IMG/VR virus record: IMGVR_UViG_3300024996_000147
Coordinates: 1 to 35,211 of that record
From: a virus
Taxonomy: Duplodnaviria; Caudoviricetes
Strand: one strand, 5' to 3'
Length of the DNA stretch: 35,211 bases
Shown here: in pieces, positions 1-8,870 of the stretch
Numbering within the stretch: the first letter of the stretch is position 1
How the letters are laid out: every line of letters begins with the position of its first letter
Notes under the pieces: generated by a model
Databases searched by the model: none
Told to the model about the DNA's origin: nothing
The model's input: only the letters and a program-made list of their open reading frames with translations
Position numbers and translations under genes: made by a program

Positions 1-1272
1 ATGTCCTGTACTTTGACCGTGGCGGACGACATCGATCCCCTGAACACGGCGCTCGACAGGCATTTCGGCCATGCCGCGTTTCGCCCCGGTCAGGAGGAGA
101 TCGTTCGGGCCGTCATGGCCGGACGCGACGTGCTGGCGTTGCTGCCGACCGGCGGCGGCAAGTCTCTATGCTATCAGCTTCCGGCGTTGCTCGGCGAGGG
201 CGCCACGATCGTGGTCTCGCCGCTGATCGCCTTGATGAGCGACCAGTTGCGGCAGTTGCAGGCGCGCGGCATTGCGGCCGTCAGCATCAATTCCGCCAAC
301 AGCCAGGCCGAGAATGCCGGCGCGGCGGCGATGCTCACCCAGGGCCGCGCCAAATTGCTCTATGTCGCCCCGGAGCGGCTGGCGAGCCCGATGCTGCATG
401 CCCTGTTGGCGGCCGTCCGGCCATCACTTCTCGTCGTGGACGAAGCGCATTGCATTTCGGAATGGGGCCATGATTTCCGGCCCGATTATCTCGGCATCGG
501 CGCTTTCGCCGGAAGTTTGCCGGGCGTGCGGTTGCTGGCGCTGACAGCCACCGCCGACACGTTCACGCGCGCCGATATCCTGCGCCACCTGTTCGGAGGG
601 CGCGAGCCGCTGGTCATCGCGCGCGGTTACAGTCGGCCGAACCTGCGCCTGTCGCTGCAGCGCCGCAGCTCCCCGGAGCGCCAGATCGCGCGCTTCGTCG
701 CGGCACGGCGCGGACAATGCGGCATCGTCTATGCCGGCTCGCGCCGGCGGGTCGAGCATTATGCGGCGCTGCTGAAGCGCGAGGGCCATCATGCGCTGCC
801 CTACCATGCCGGTCTGGCGCATATGGAGCGACGGGCCAATCAGGAGGTGTTCCGGGCGCGCGCCGATGTGGTGATGGTGGCCACGATCGCCTTCGGGCTC
901 GGCATCGACAAGCCCGACGTGCGCTTCGTGCTGCATGCCGATCTGCCGCAATCGATCGAGGCCTTTGCGCAGGAGATCGGCCGGGCCGGGCGCGACGGCC
1001 TGCCGGCCGAGGCGCATGCGCTGTTCGATCCTGCCCGCATGGAAACCCGGCGTGCGGAACTGCTGCGGGACGCGCCCGAGGCGACGCTCCCGGCCCGCCT
1101 TGCCCGGCTCGATGCGTTGGCCGGGTTGTGCCGCGCGCGCAACTGTCGCCAGCAGCGGCTGCTCGCCTATTTCGGCGAGGCGGCTGCGCCATGCGGCAAA
1201 TGCGACCGTTGCACGGCTGTAGCGCGACAAATCAAATGGCATCGAGCGACAGATCAAATGGCATCAAACTGA
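1..1272 (+). CDS. recQ: RecQ-family ATP-dependent DNA helicase (host), 3' end replaced by prophage end sequence
   Basis: Motif 0 (FGHAAFRPGQEEIV), Walker A LPTGGGKSLCYQLPA, DEAHCISEWGHDFRPDY, ATIAFGLGIDKPDVRFV, QEIGRAGRDG, Zn-binding CRQ..YFGE..CGKCDRC. The last ~18 codons and the stop lie inside the phage end repeats. Confidence 0.92.
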   Translation: MSCTLTVADDIDPLNTALDRHFGHAAFRPGQEEIVRAVMAGRDVLALLPTGGGKSLCYQLPALLGEGATIVVSPLIALMSDQLRQLQARGIAAVSINSANSQAENAGAAAMLTQGRAKLLYVAPERLASPMLHALLAAVRPSLLVVDEAHCISEWGHDFRPDYLGIGAFAGSLPGVRLLALTATADTFTRADILRHLFGGREPLVIARGYSRPNLRLSLQRRSSPERQIARFVAARRGQCGIVYAGSRRRVEHYAALLKREGHHALPYHAGLAHMERRANQEVFRARADVVMVATIAFGLGIDKPDVRFVLHADLPQSIEAFAQEIGRAGRDGLPAEAHALFDPARMETRRAELLRDAPEATLPARLARLDALAGLCRARNCRQQRLLAYFGEAAAPCGKCDRCTAVARQIKWHRATDQMASN

Positions 1273-1281
1273 TTTTCGCGA
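1218..1281. repeat. Prophage right end: TG terminus and putative transposase-binding sites
   Basis: TGT at 1218. GCGACAAATCAAATGGCATC (1224-1243) and GCGACAGATCAAATGGCATC (1246-1265) match at 19/20 with a 22-bp period. Weaker inverted copy GCGAAAATCA at about 1270-1280. Confidence 0.85.
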
Positions 1282-2120
1282 CGGGGTGGTTTTAAGGCCC
1301 CGGCGCCCCCCTTGCCGTCCGTGACGATCAACTCCTGGGCCGCCGTGCTGCGTCGGCCGCCGCCGACCGAATAGGTGAGGTCTACGGGCTGCAGCGCGAA
1401 GCGCGAGAAGGCCTGGCGGATTGCCGGTGTGTCGTTGATCGACAGCACGAAGCGGCCCTGCAGGCCAGCCAGTAGCTCAGCCAGCGCCAGGAAGTCCGCC
1501 GGGGTGAAGACGCCCTTGCCGTAATCATCCTCTGAGCCGGCATAGGGCGGGTCGAGGTAGAACAGCGTGCCCGGCCGGTCGTAGCGCCGAATGAAGTCGG
1601 CATAGTGCAGCTGCTCGATGACGATGCCGGCGAGGCGCTCGTGCAGATCGTCGATCACCGGCACCAGGCGCAGCGGATTGAAGGCCGCGCCCTCACCCGG
1701 CGAGACGCCGAAATTGCGCCCGCTGACCTTGCCGCCGAAGGCCGTGCGCTGGAGGTAGAGGAAGCGCGCCGCCCGCTCCAGATCGGTCAGCGTGGCCGGG
1801 TCGCACGCCTTGAGGCGCTCGAACTCGCGCCGGCCGGTGAGCTGCCAGCGCAGCATGTCGACGAAGGCATTGTGGTGCCGTTGCAGGATGCGGAAGAACG
1901 TCGCCACGTCGCCAGAGATGTCGTTGATCACCTCCAGCTTGGGCGCAAGCCGCCGGCGCAGGAACACGCCGCCCATGCCGACGAACGGCTCGGCATAGCA
2001 GCCGTGCGGGATGCTCTCGATCACGCTGATGATACGGCGGGCGAGCCGGCGCTTGCCGCCGATATAGCCGGCGGCCGGCCGCACCGGAGCGACATCTCGA
2101 AACCCCTCTTGAATGTCCAT
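1254..2120 (-). CDS. D12-class N6-adenine DNA methyltransferase (Dam-like), at the Mu mom position
   Basis: YIGGKRRLA, EPFVGMGGVF (SAM binding), INDI, FYLDPPY catalytic motif. Start is 2120, alternatively 2147. Confidence 0.92.
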   Translation of the reverse strand: MDIQEGFRDVAPVRPAAGYIGGKRRLARRIISVIESIPHGCYAEPFVGMGGVFLRRRLAPKLEVINDISGDVATFFRILQRHHNAFVDMLRWQLTGRREFERLKACDPATLTDLERAARFLYLQRTAFGGKVSGRNFGVSPGEGAAFNPLRLVPVIDDLHERLAGIVIEQLHYADFIRRYDRPGTLFYLDPPYAGSEDDYGKGVFTPADFLALAELLAGLQGRFVLSINDTPAIRQAFSRFALQPVDLTYSVGGGRRSTAAQELIVTDGKGGAGALKPPRRENQFDAI

Positions 2121-2166
2121 TGAAACACCGTTGAGAATCACGGCCATCTGTCCGCGCTGCGCAGCG

Positions 2167-2255
2167 GCGGCAGGGTGGCGGTTATCTCTGGATTGACGCT
2201 CCGTGGGGATAGCTTCCCGGCGTCCCACGGCCGGGCATTGCCCGGACCCTGCCAC
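2167..2255 (-). ncRNA. Candidate cis-regulatory three-way-junction RNA in methylase leader
   Basis: GTGGCAGGGT (2255-2246) pairs with ACCCTGCCGC (2176-2167), enclosing the hairpin CCGGGC-AAT-GCCCGG and the stem CCGTGGG/CCCACGG. Confidence 0.45.
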
Positions 2256-2399
2256 TCACCCTCCCAGAATGTAGAGCCTCAAGGCCATGATCAGGTGATA
2301 GGCGAGCCAACCTCCGCCCCCCGCCACAAGCAGTGCGGCGCAGACCATGCCGAAGAAGCCAAACCAAAAAATGCCAGAGATGTCGGGCAGCGGGCCCAT
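2256..2399 (-). CDS. 47-aa small hydrophobic membrane protein (below ORF-track cutoff)
   Basis: Hand translation gives MGPLPDISGIFWFGFFGMVCAALLVAGGGGWLAYHLIMALRLYILGG*. The ATG overlaps the upstream stop (TGATG). Confidence 0.7.
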   Translation of the reverse strand: MGPLPDISGIFWFGFFGMVCAALLVAGGGGWLAYHLIMALRLYILGG

Positions 2400-3448
2400 C
2401 ACTTATCCTCCGTCTTGCCGCTCGATCCATCCTCCAACGCCTTTACCTCGACCTTGGTGGTGTAGCCGTCCTTGCTGAACTCATGCTCGACGGCATCGGC
2501 GCGCCAGGTGCCGGCGATGCCATCGCGAAAGCTGCTGCCGGCGATGACATCCGCCTCGGCCTGCGCCTCGGGCCGGCCGGCCAGGCTGAAACTGCCCGAG
2601 CCGGTGTTGCGGGTCAGCCGGCGCGCCTCGGCCTGTGCCCATTTCTCGGCCTGCTCCTTGCTCGGCAACGGCGCACGCACCACGAAATCCGGCCCTTCCA
2701 GCCCGGTCTCGGCCTTCTCGACCCTGCGCTTGCCGGTTTTCTGGTCGATCCACGCGGCCTTGACCTTGCCGTATTGCGCCCGGCCCTCCGGATCGATCTC
2801 CCACTCGGAACAGTCCTCGCGCTCGATGACAATCGGCGGCAGGCTGACACCGCTGACCGCCTTGGCATTGCCCTTGCGCGCTGCGACCAGGCGCCCGCCC
2901 ATCGGCTTGATCACCGCGCCGACCTCGTCGCCGAGCGTGGTCAGAAAGTCGATCTCGCTGCTGTCGATGCGCGCCTTGTACGGGATCTTGATATCGCCGA
3001 TCTCAGGGTCGACGGTCGCCCGCAGGCCGTTGCGCCTGGCGATCGTCTCGACGATCTCGCGCACCGTCTTGCCCTCGAATGCCTCGCGGTCCTGCCCCTT
3101 GAGCGCCTTTTTAAGGTCGGCCGCGCTCGCCTGCAGCACCATGGTCTCGCCACCATCGACGCTGCCGCGCAGCGACACGCTCTGCAGCTCGTAGATGCCG
3201 ACCGTCACCAGGCCGGTCTCCTTATAACCGAGCGACACGCTGATCTTGGCCTTGGGCGGCGGGATGGCGATGGCGTTGCCGGCGTCGTCGAGATCGACTG
3301 TGAGCTGGTCGGAGGTCTGCCCGGCCTCGTCGCGGATCGTCGCCTTGATCAGCCGGGTGTAAAAGCCGGCTGCGACCTCCTGGCCATCGACAATGACCGA
3401 GATGACAGGCGTGTAGCCGCCCTGGCTGACCGAAAGATGAAACGGCAT
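2399..3448 (-). CDS. Phage late control D / baseplate hub (P2 gpD-like)
   Basis: IRDEAGQTSDQLTVDLDD, SLGYKETGL, ESDxxFL-like SSEIDFLTTLG; follows gpU and gpX. Confidence 0.88.
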   Translation of the reverse strand: MPFHLSVSQGGYTPVISVIVDGQEVAAGFYTRLIKATIRDEAGQTSDQLTVDLDDAGNAIAIPPPKAKISVSLGYKETGLVTVGIYELQSVSLRGSVDGGETMVLQASAADLKKALKGQDREAFEGKTVREIVETIARRNGLRATVDPEIGDIKIPYKARIDSSEIDFLTTLGDEVGAVIKPMGGRLVAARKGNAKAVSGVSLPPIVIEREDCSEWEIDPEGRAQYGKVKAAWIDQKTGKRRVEKAETGLEGPDFVVRAPLPSKEQAEKWAQAEARRLTRNTGSGSFSLAGRPEAQAEADVIAGSSFRDGIAGTWRADAVEHEFSKDGYTTKVEVKALEDGSSGKTEDK

Positions 3449-3449
3449 C

Positions 3450-3665
3450 TTAGCCCCACAATCTGATTGATGGGCGCACCGGCAGCACCGGCGCCGCCGG
3501 CTCCGGCAACAGCACCCTGGTACCGGGCGGCACGAACAGGCCGAGATCGGCAAGGCCCGGATTGAGCTCGAGCACCTGCACGACGATCGTCGCATCGGTG
3601 CTGTGCAGCGCCTGCCAGACGAGCAGGTCGACCGTTACGCCTTCGCGCGAGACCTCGACGATCAT
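3450..3665 (-). CDS. Tail protein X (P2 gpX-like)
   Basis: TVDLLVWQ...VLELNPGLA..G..VPPGTRVLLPE...IRLWG. Confidence 0.88.
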   Translation of the reverse strand: MIVEVSREGVTVDLLVWQALHSTDATIVVQVLELNPGLADLGLFVPPGTRVLLPEPAAPVLPVRPSIRLWG

Positions 3666-4093
3666 CGGAACAGCCCTCCGAAGGCACCATCGCCGCCGAA
3701 CGGCGCGACCTGCACGGAAAACTCGATCTTGCGGCCGATGCCGTCGAAATGGATGCTTTCGTGCTCGGCGCCGACCTCGAGAATGACGACGCTGCCGAAC
3801 ACGCTCGCCGCCACGCCGCCGGCGGCCCAGCCGAGCAACTCGACCGGCTGGCCGGCACTTTGCGTCGCCTTGAGCGCCAAATACTCGCCGTGGCCGCCAA
3901 ACTCCTGATGGAAATACAGCCCCTCGATCTCGAACTCGTCCTCGCCACGGCCGGTATATTGCCGGGCCGGGCCTCGGCCGAAACGGTTGATCATCGGCCA
4001 GCTGGCGCGTGTGCGCTCCCTGATGCGCTGGATCGAGAGGGGCAACGCCGCGAAGATGTGCGGGCCGAGTGCCAGGATCGGGACATCCGCCAT
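3662..4093 (-). CDS. P2 GpU-family tail protein
   Basis: ILALGPHIF, W....RFGRGPARQYTGRGED, RKIEFSV; lies after tape measure. Confidence 0.88.
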   Translation of the reverse strand: MADVPILALGPHIFAALPLSIQRIRERTRASWPMINRFGRGPARQYTGRGEDEFEIEGLYFHQEFGGHGEYLALKATQSAGQPVELLGWAAGGVAASVFGSVVILEVGAEHESIHFDGIGRKIEFSVQVAPFGGDGAFGGLFR

Positions 4094-6531
4094 CACTCGA
4101 CCCCATCATGCAAGGCGCCGGAGATCGCGCGCCGGCTGCGGCTCGCGCCGCGCACGCCACTGGCGGCCGAGCGTGCGGCCTCCACGGCCTGCGGTGCCCC
4201 GGCCCGGATGCCAGCGGCCAGCGTCGCCATCATCGCCTGCCCGGCCGGTGCCATGTCGATGCCGGTAAAGGCGCCGCGCAGTTGCCGTGCAATGGTATCG
4301 GCCGCGCCCTTGGCCTGGCCGCCGCCGCTGGTGATGCCGGCAGCAAGCTTTTCAACCATCGTGGCGCCTGAAGGCCCCAGATCGATGTTGAAGCTGTCGC
4401 GCACGCCATCGGCCCAGCTCGACATGCCGCGCGATACCTGCCGCCCGAAGCCGATGCCCGGCCCGAGCGAGCCCATGCCGGGGCCACCCGAGATGCCGCC
4501 CGGCCCGAAACCAAAAGTCCGTGGCAACGCCAGCTCGCGCAGACGGCGCTGGGCGTCATCACGCCGGCGGCGCGCCTCGACCGCGTCGGCGCCAAACGCT
4601 GTCCGGTCCTCGGGGTTGGTCACCGTGCTGCGGATGCGGTCGATCGCCTGCAGGCGCATGTCGATCTGGCGGATGCGCTCCTGCAGGCCCATCACCTCGG
4701 CGCGGTCGATGCCGCCATGGCGCTCGTCCTGGTCGGCCGGCTTGCGCGGATCGAGGGGAAAGCGCTCCGGGTCGAGGGCGCGGATCGAATTGCGGAAGGT
4801 CGCGAGATTGTGCAGGGCGGTCGCCAGATCCTCGTCGCTGGAGCCGCGCTTGCGCCGGCGCTCGATATAGGTGGCGAGCTGGTCATATTGATCCTGCAAC
4901 TGCCGCAGGCGCGCCTGGTCGGTCGAGCGCTGCACGCTATCCTCGGCGCGCTTTTCCGTGGTGCGGGCGGTGACCTGCGCGCGAAACGCCGGGTCGTTGA
5001 CCATGCGCTCGCGCTCCTCGGCCGAGAGCGCCTGGCCGCCATGCGCCTTGGTGGCGGCCTGTTCCGTGCGCATCTTGTCTTCGGCGTGCCGATCCATCGC
5101 CTCGAGCGTGCTGGCGAGGCTGTTCACCGCGTCGTTGATCACCGGCAACGCCCAGCGGCCAAGCCGGTCACCGATGTCGCCGGCGAGCCCTTTGAGGCGC
5201 TTGAGGTGGCTCTCGGTTGTAGCGAGCTGGATGTTGAGGTTGTTGGCGGCCGAACCTTTCCAGATGTTCGGATCGTCGACAATCTTGAGGCTTTTGACGA
5301 TCTCGGCCAGAGCCTGGCCGGCGCGCGCCGCCTCGTCCCACCACTCACGGCCGAAAATATTGATGGCCGCCGAGGCCTTGTCTGGATTTTTGTCGAGACG
5401 TTCAAACACGTCGAGGATGGTGCCGCGTGCATCCTTTTTCATGCCGGCCTCGACGGCTTTCGCCGACAGTCCGAGCATTTTGAGCCCTTCGTTGACCTTT
5501 TTGCCCTGGCTGGTCGCGGTGCGCAGCCGGGCGGTCATTTGGTTGAAGCCGCGCGCAGCTGTCTCCGGCGCGATCGCAACGTTGTTCATGGCGGTCAAGA
5601 TGGCCAGCGAAGTGTCGAAGTCGACGCCGGCAGCCTTGGCAGCCGCGCCGGCACGCTGGAACATGTCGACGACATCCATCTCCTTTGCCGAGCCGGCATC
5701 GGCGAGCGCGTTGACCTTGTCGACAAACTCCTCGAGCTGCGGATTTGTCCATTGCGTGGCGGCGCGGATCTTGGCCAGCGCATTCGAGGCCTGGTCGGCC
5801 GAAGCATCCCAGGCCGTCGAAGCGGCGATGGTGATGCGCAGAAACTCCGGCATATCTGCCTTGGAAACACCACCAGCGCCAGCCTCGGCAACCATCAGTG
5901 CGACGTCTTCCTGGAGCTTGCCATAGCGGATGGCATTGCTCTTGATCATCCGCTCCATGGCGGCAAGTTCGGCCGGGTTATCGAGGCCATCGACCTTCTT
6001 TTTGACCTCGGCCATGGCCTTTTCGAAGGTGACGCTCTCGCCGATCGTGCCGCGCACCGTGGCACGCGCCGTGTGCCAGCCGACATAGCCCAACGCCAGC
6101 GCCGGCAGGGCGCGCCCGGCCGCCAGAAGCGGCATCCCGCCGCCGCCCTCGGCCTCCGCCTTGCCCGGTTGCTTGCCGCGTCGCCCGCTCGCCGCGATCA
6201 ACCCGGCATAGGCCGCCTTGCTCTGCTTGAGTTCATTGCGCAGGCGCCGGGCCGAGCCGCGCGCCCGCTCAAGGTCGCGCGCCAGCTTGGCGGCGCCGGG
6301 CTCGCGATTGAGATCGCGCGTCGCCTGGCGCACGCCCTTGACGCCGCGCTCGGCATCCCTCGCCGCCGGCCGGATACGCTTGATCTCGCGCGCCAGCTTG
6401 GCGCCGCCGCCGGTGCGATCGAGCTCCTTCGCCGCCCGTTTGATGCTATTCAGGTCTTTCTTGACCAGTTTCGCGCCCGGCTTAAGGCCGTTGACCAGGT
6501 CGAGAAACAGCTTGACGCGCATGTCGGCCAT
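4093..6531 (-). CDS. Tail tape measure protein (TP901-type core)
   Basis: 812 aa, Ala-rich helical, FEKAMAEVKK, T....LKRLK....DIGDRLG; follows the chaperone genes. Confidence 0.92.
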   Translation of the reverse strand: MADMRVKLFLDLVNGLKPGAKLVKKDLNSIKRAAKELDRTGGGAKLAREIKRIRPAARDAERGVKGVRQATRDLNREPGAAKLARDLERARGSARRLRNELKQSKAAYAGLIAASGRRGKQPGKAEAEGGGGMPLLAAGRALPALALGYVGWHTARATVRGTIGESVTFEKAMAEVKKKVDGLDNPAELAAMERMIKSNAIRYGKLQEDVALMVAEAGAGGVSKADMPEFLRITIAASTAWDASADQASNALAKIRAATQWTNPQLEEFVDKVNALADAGSAKEMDVVDMFQRAGAAAKAAGVDFDTSLAILTAMNNVAIAPETAARGFNQMTARLRTATSQGKKVNEGLKMLGLSAKAVEAGMKKDARGTILDVFERLDKNPDKASAAINIFGREWWDEAARAGQALAEIVKSLKIVDDPNIWKGSAANNLNIQLATTESHLKRLKGLAGDIGDRLGRWALPVINDAVNSLASTLEAMDRHAEDKMRTEQAATKAHGGQALSAEERERMVNDPAFRAQVTARTTEKRAEDSVQRSTDQARLRQLQDQYDQLATYIERRRKRGSSDEDLATALHNLATFRNSIRALDPERFPLDPRKPADQDERHGGIDRAEVMGLQERIRQIDMRLQAIDRIRSTVTNPEDRTAFGADAVEARRRRDDAQRRLRELALPRTFGFGPGGISGGPGMGSLGPGIGFGRQVSRGMSSWADGVRDSFNIDLGPSGATMVEKLAAGITSGGGQAKGAADTIARQLRGAFTGIDMAPAGQAMMATLAAGIRAGAPQAVEAARSAASGVRGASRSRRAISGALHDGVE

Positions 6532-6538
6532 GGTGGGC

Positions 6539-6751
6539 CTAACCTCCAGCGATCGCGCACGCCTCGTCGTGCCACATCAGGATCTCGTCGACCGCCCAGG
6601 ACAGCACGACGGGCAACGGTGTGTGCAGGCTCTGCGCCACCTCGGCCGCCAGGCGCGGCAGGCGGGCCAGGCCGCGCCTTACGTCCCGATCTCGCCCGCG
6701 TCCTCGCTGAGCTGCGCCTCGATGGCGGCGATGGCGCGCGGCAAGAAAGGG
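6539..6751 (-). CDS. GpE/E'-like tail chaperone extension, probably expressed by -1 frameshift
   Basis: AEVAQSLHTPLPVVLSWAVDEILMWHDEA resembles the P2 E' C-terminus. It is in the -1 frame relative to 6679..7098, with C_CCT_TTC at 6751-6745. Confidence 0.6.
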   Translation of the reverse strand, partial: PFLAARHRRHRGAAQRGRGRDRDVRRGLARLPRLAAEVAQSLHTPLPVVLSWAVDEILMWHDEACAIAGG

Positions 6752-7098
6752 CGGCACGCTGCCGCGAATGCCTCCGCATCATCGGCCGAGAGCGCATCGA
6801 TCACGTCCGGATGCAGCCCGGCCATCGCCGCGCGGACCCGCATGTTGAGCGTGGTCTCGTCATCATCGTCGAGGATGACATCGGCGATGTCGCGGCCGGT
6901 CAGCCGGCGCACGGTGATGCGCTCGAGGCGCTCGCCGTCGACCAGCAACGGATAGACCAGCGTGAGCTCGACCGACCAGGTGCGCGGCTCAGCCGGGACG
7001 ATCACCGGCCGCGTGCGGCGCACCGGCTCAGAAGCGGCGGGCGCAGCTGGCGGCACGATCGGGTCGAGATCGGCGTCAGGGGGGAAAGCGCTCGTCAT
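6679..7098 (-). CDS. Tail assembly chaperone
   Basis: LVYPLLVDGERLERITVRRLTGRD...IDALSADDAE; lies between tube and tape measure. Confidence 0.85.
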   Translation of the reverse strand: MTSAFPPDADLDPIVPPAAPAASEPVRRTRPVIVPAEPRTWSVELTLVYPLLVDGERLERITVRRLTGRDIADVILDDDDETTLNMRVRAAMAGLHPDVIDALSADDAEAFAAACRPFLPRAIAAIEAQLSEDAGEIGT

Positions 7099-7634
7099 CC
7101 GGTGATGCCGAGCATCTGGTTGATGCGCTGGCGCTGGCCGCCAATATCCTGCCAGCCGCCAGCCTGGATGTTAAAACGATAGATCTCGGTGTTGCCGATC
7201 ATCATGTTGTACTTGGAGATCGAGTGCAGCTCGTAGTCGGTGCCGAGTGCGCCCTCCATCTCGCCGATCTCGGCGTTGAGGCGGCCATAGGACGTCGAGA
7301 CAACCTGCTGCTCACGCCCCTCGGCCGAGGTGGCGTACTCGTTGACCAGCACGGCATAGACCGTGATCTTGAGGCGATCGCCAAGCGGCAGGTTGGTCAG
7401 CGGCAGAACAGCGGGCTGAATGCCCTTGAGGTCGAAACCCAGCATGCACGCCTCGGTGCCGGTCATCATCTCGATCGAGCCGTTGGTCGCGCCGGCCGCG
7501 AAGTCGTCATAGGTTTCCTTGCGCACCGGCAGCTTGACCTTGCCGAGCACGAGGTGGGTGTTGAGCGCCGAGTTGGCGGCATACTCAATATAAGCGTTAC
7601 GACCTTGCAGGCTGAGCAGCGGGATGGCGGTCAT
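7095..7634 (-). CDS. Tail tube protein (FII-like)
   Basis: 179 aa directly after the sheath; KVKLP...D.FAAG..NG.IEM pattern. Confidence 0.75.
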   Translation of the reverse strand: MTAIPLLSLQGRNAYIEYAANSALNTHLVLGKVKLPVRKETYDDFAAGATNGSIEMMTGTEACMLGFDLKGIQPAVLPLTNLPLGDRLKITVYAVLVNEYATSAEGREQQVVSTSYGRLNAEIGEMEGALGTDYELHSISKYNMMIGNTEIYRFNIQAGGWQDIGGQRQRINQMLGITG

Positions 7635-7652
7635 GGATCAACTCCGGGTGGG

Positions 7653-8870
7653 TCAGGCCGCGCCCGACTGGCGGTCGAGAGCGACCAGGATGCCGTTGGC
7701 GACGGTCGCGTAATAGGTGAGGTTGTCGTGGACGCCGAACTGCAGATCCTCGAGCGGCGAGGCCGCCAAGCGGTCGAAGTCAAAGCGCAGGATGCCGGAG
7801 CTCATACCCTCATTGGCGTTGAGCTCCTTTTCGAACCACGGTCGGAAACCGAGCACGGCGCCCTTGGCGACGAGTTCGTCGCCGAATGCGTCCAGGCTCT
7901 GCAGGATCGAAGTGCCGAGCGGCACCGAGATGTTGCGGTCTAGCGCCCAATAAAACGCATTGATCACCGCCTCGTCGATCATGTCGTTGGTGCGCACGAC
8001 ATTGACAAAGGCGTCTTTCGGATCGAGCGCGCAGGTGCGGTTGCCCCACAGAATAAAGCCGCCGCGCAGCGTGGTGATCTGCTTGCTGTTGAGGTACTGC
8101 GCCTCGCTGTCCGGCTCGCCGGTGTAATAGGAGATCGGCCGCGACGGCCCGAGAATGCCGCCCATCGCCTGGCTGGACGGGCTCTCGAACGGCCCGCCGA
8201 CCTCCTTGTCGCGCTTCACGAACAGCCCTGCGGCGCGGCCGGAGCCGGGCTGCGTGACGACACTGGTCGCGACCAGCACCTTGGCGGAGGGGTGAAACAG
8301 ATAGGCGCGCTTGTCGTCGGTGAAATCCTCGCGATAGGCCTCGGCCACCTCCTTGGAGGCATCCGGCGTGTCGAGGATCTTCATGGCGCGCAGCCGGGTC
8401 GCGATGCCGTCGAGCTCGGCCGCAACGGGGTTTTTGGCATCGCTGATGCGCTGGCTGGTATAGCCAGGGCAGATCAGCAGTTTGGCCGGCTTTGAAGCCT
8501 CCTTGAACGCGTGCACGCCGCTGTTATTGGCGCCGCTGCCGACGATGTTGGCGATCGTCGCCTCGAGCTTGGCGGCGTCATCCGCGCCGGCACCCTCCTC
8601 GACGCGCACGACCTGGACCTCGGCGACGACGCCCTGGTCATCGATCGCATCGAGCACGGCATCGACATTGCCGCCGGCGCCAAGTGCCGTGCGCATCGCC
8701 GTGTCGTTGGAAAATATCGTCGTGGCGACGTTGAGCGGGAACTTGTCTTCTTCGGCGGCCGGAGCCACCACCACGGCGCCGATGGTCGAATACTCTCCGA
8801 CGGCGATCGGCCTGGTGGTCTGGCCAGCCTGGAAAACGCGGACGCCGTGAAAGGCTTCGGTGGTCGGCAT
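7653..8870 (-). CDS. Tail sheath protein (FI-like)
   Basis: FHGVRV, LICPGY, ESPSS, ILWGNRTC, FVNVVRT.DMI, PLEDL. GGAG SD lies 7 nt before ATG 8870. Confidence 0.95.
   Translation of the reverse strand: MPTTEAFHGVRVFQAGQTTRPIAVGEYSTIGAVVVAPAAEEDKFPLNVATTIFSNDTAMRTALGAGGNVDAVLDAIDDQGVVAEVQVVRVEEGAGADDAAKLEATIANIVGSGANNSGVHAFKEASKPAKLLICPGYTSQRISDAKNPVAAELDGIATRLRAMKILDTPDASKEVAEAYREDFTDDKRAYLFHPSAKVLVATSVVTQPGSGRAAGLFVKRDKEVGGPFESPSSQAMGGILGPSRPISYYTGEPDSEAQYLNSKQITTLRGGFILWGNRTCALDPKDAFVNVVRTNDMIDEAVINAFYWALDRNISVPLGTSILQSLDAFGDELVAKGAVLGFRPWFEKELNANEGMSSGILRFDFDRLAASPLEDLQFGVHDNLTYYATVANGILVALDRQSGAA

Noticed and set aside
1254-2120. Methylase as CcrM mimic or part of a restriction-modification system
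   Set aside because: Motif order (SAM-binding before DPPY) is Dam/D12-like rather than CcrM-like, and no endonuclease is adjacent.
2121-2255. N-terminal extension of the methylase to 2255 as given in the ORF track
   Set aside because: The extension is not methylase-like and coincides with the structured leader; the real start is more likely 2120 or 2147.
4717-7182. Long + strand ORFs (821 aa here; also 11196-14162 and 24123-25652)
   Set aside because: Antisense shadows of GC-rich minus-strand genes, with no recognisable motifs.
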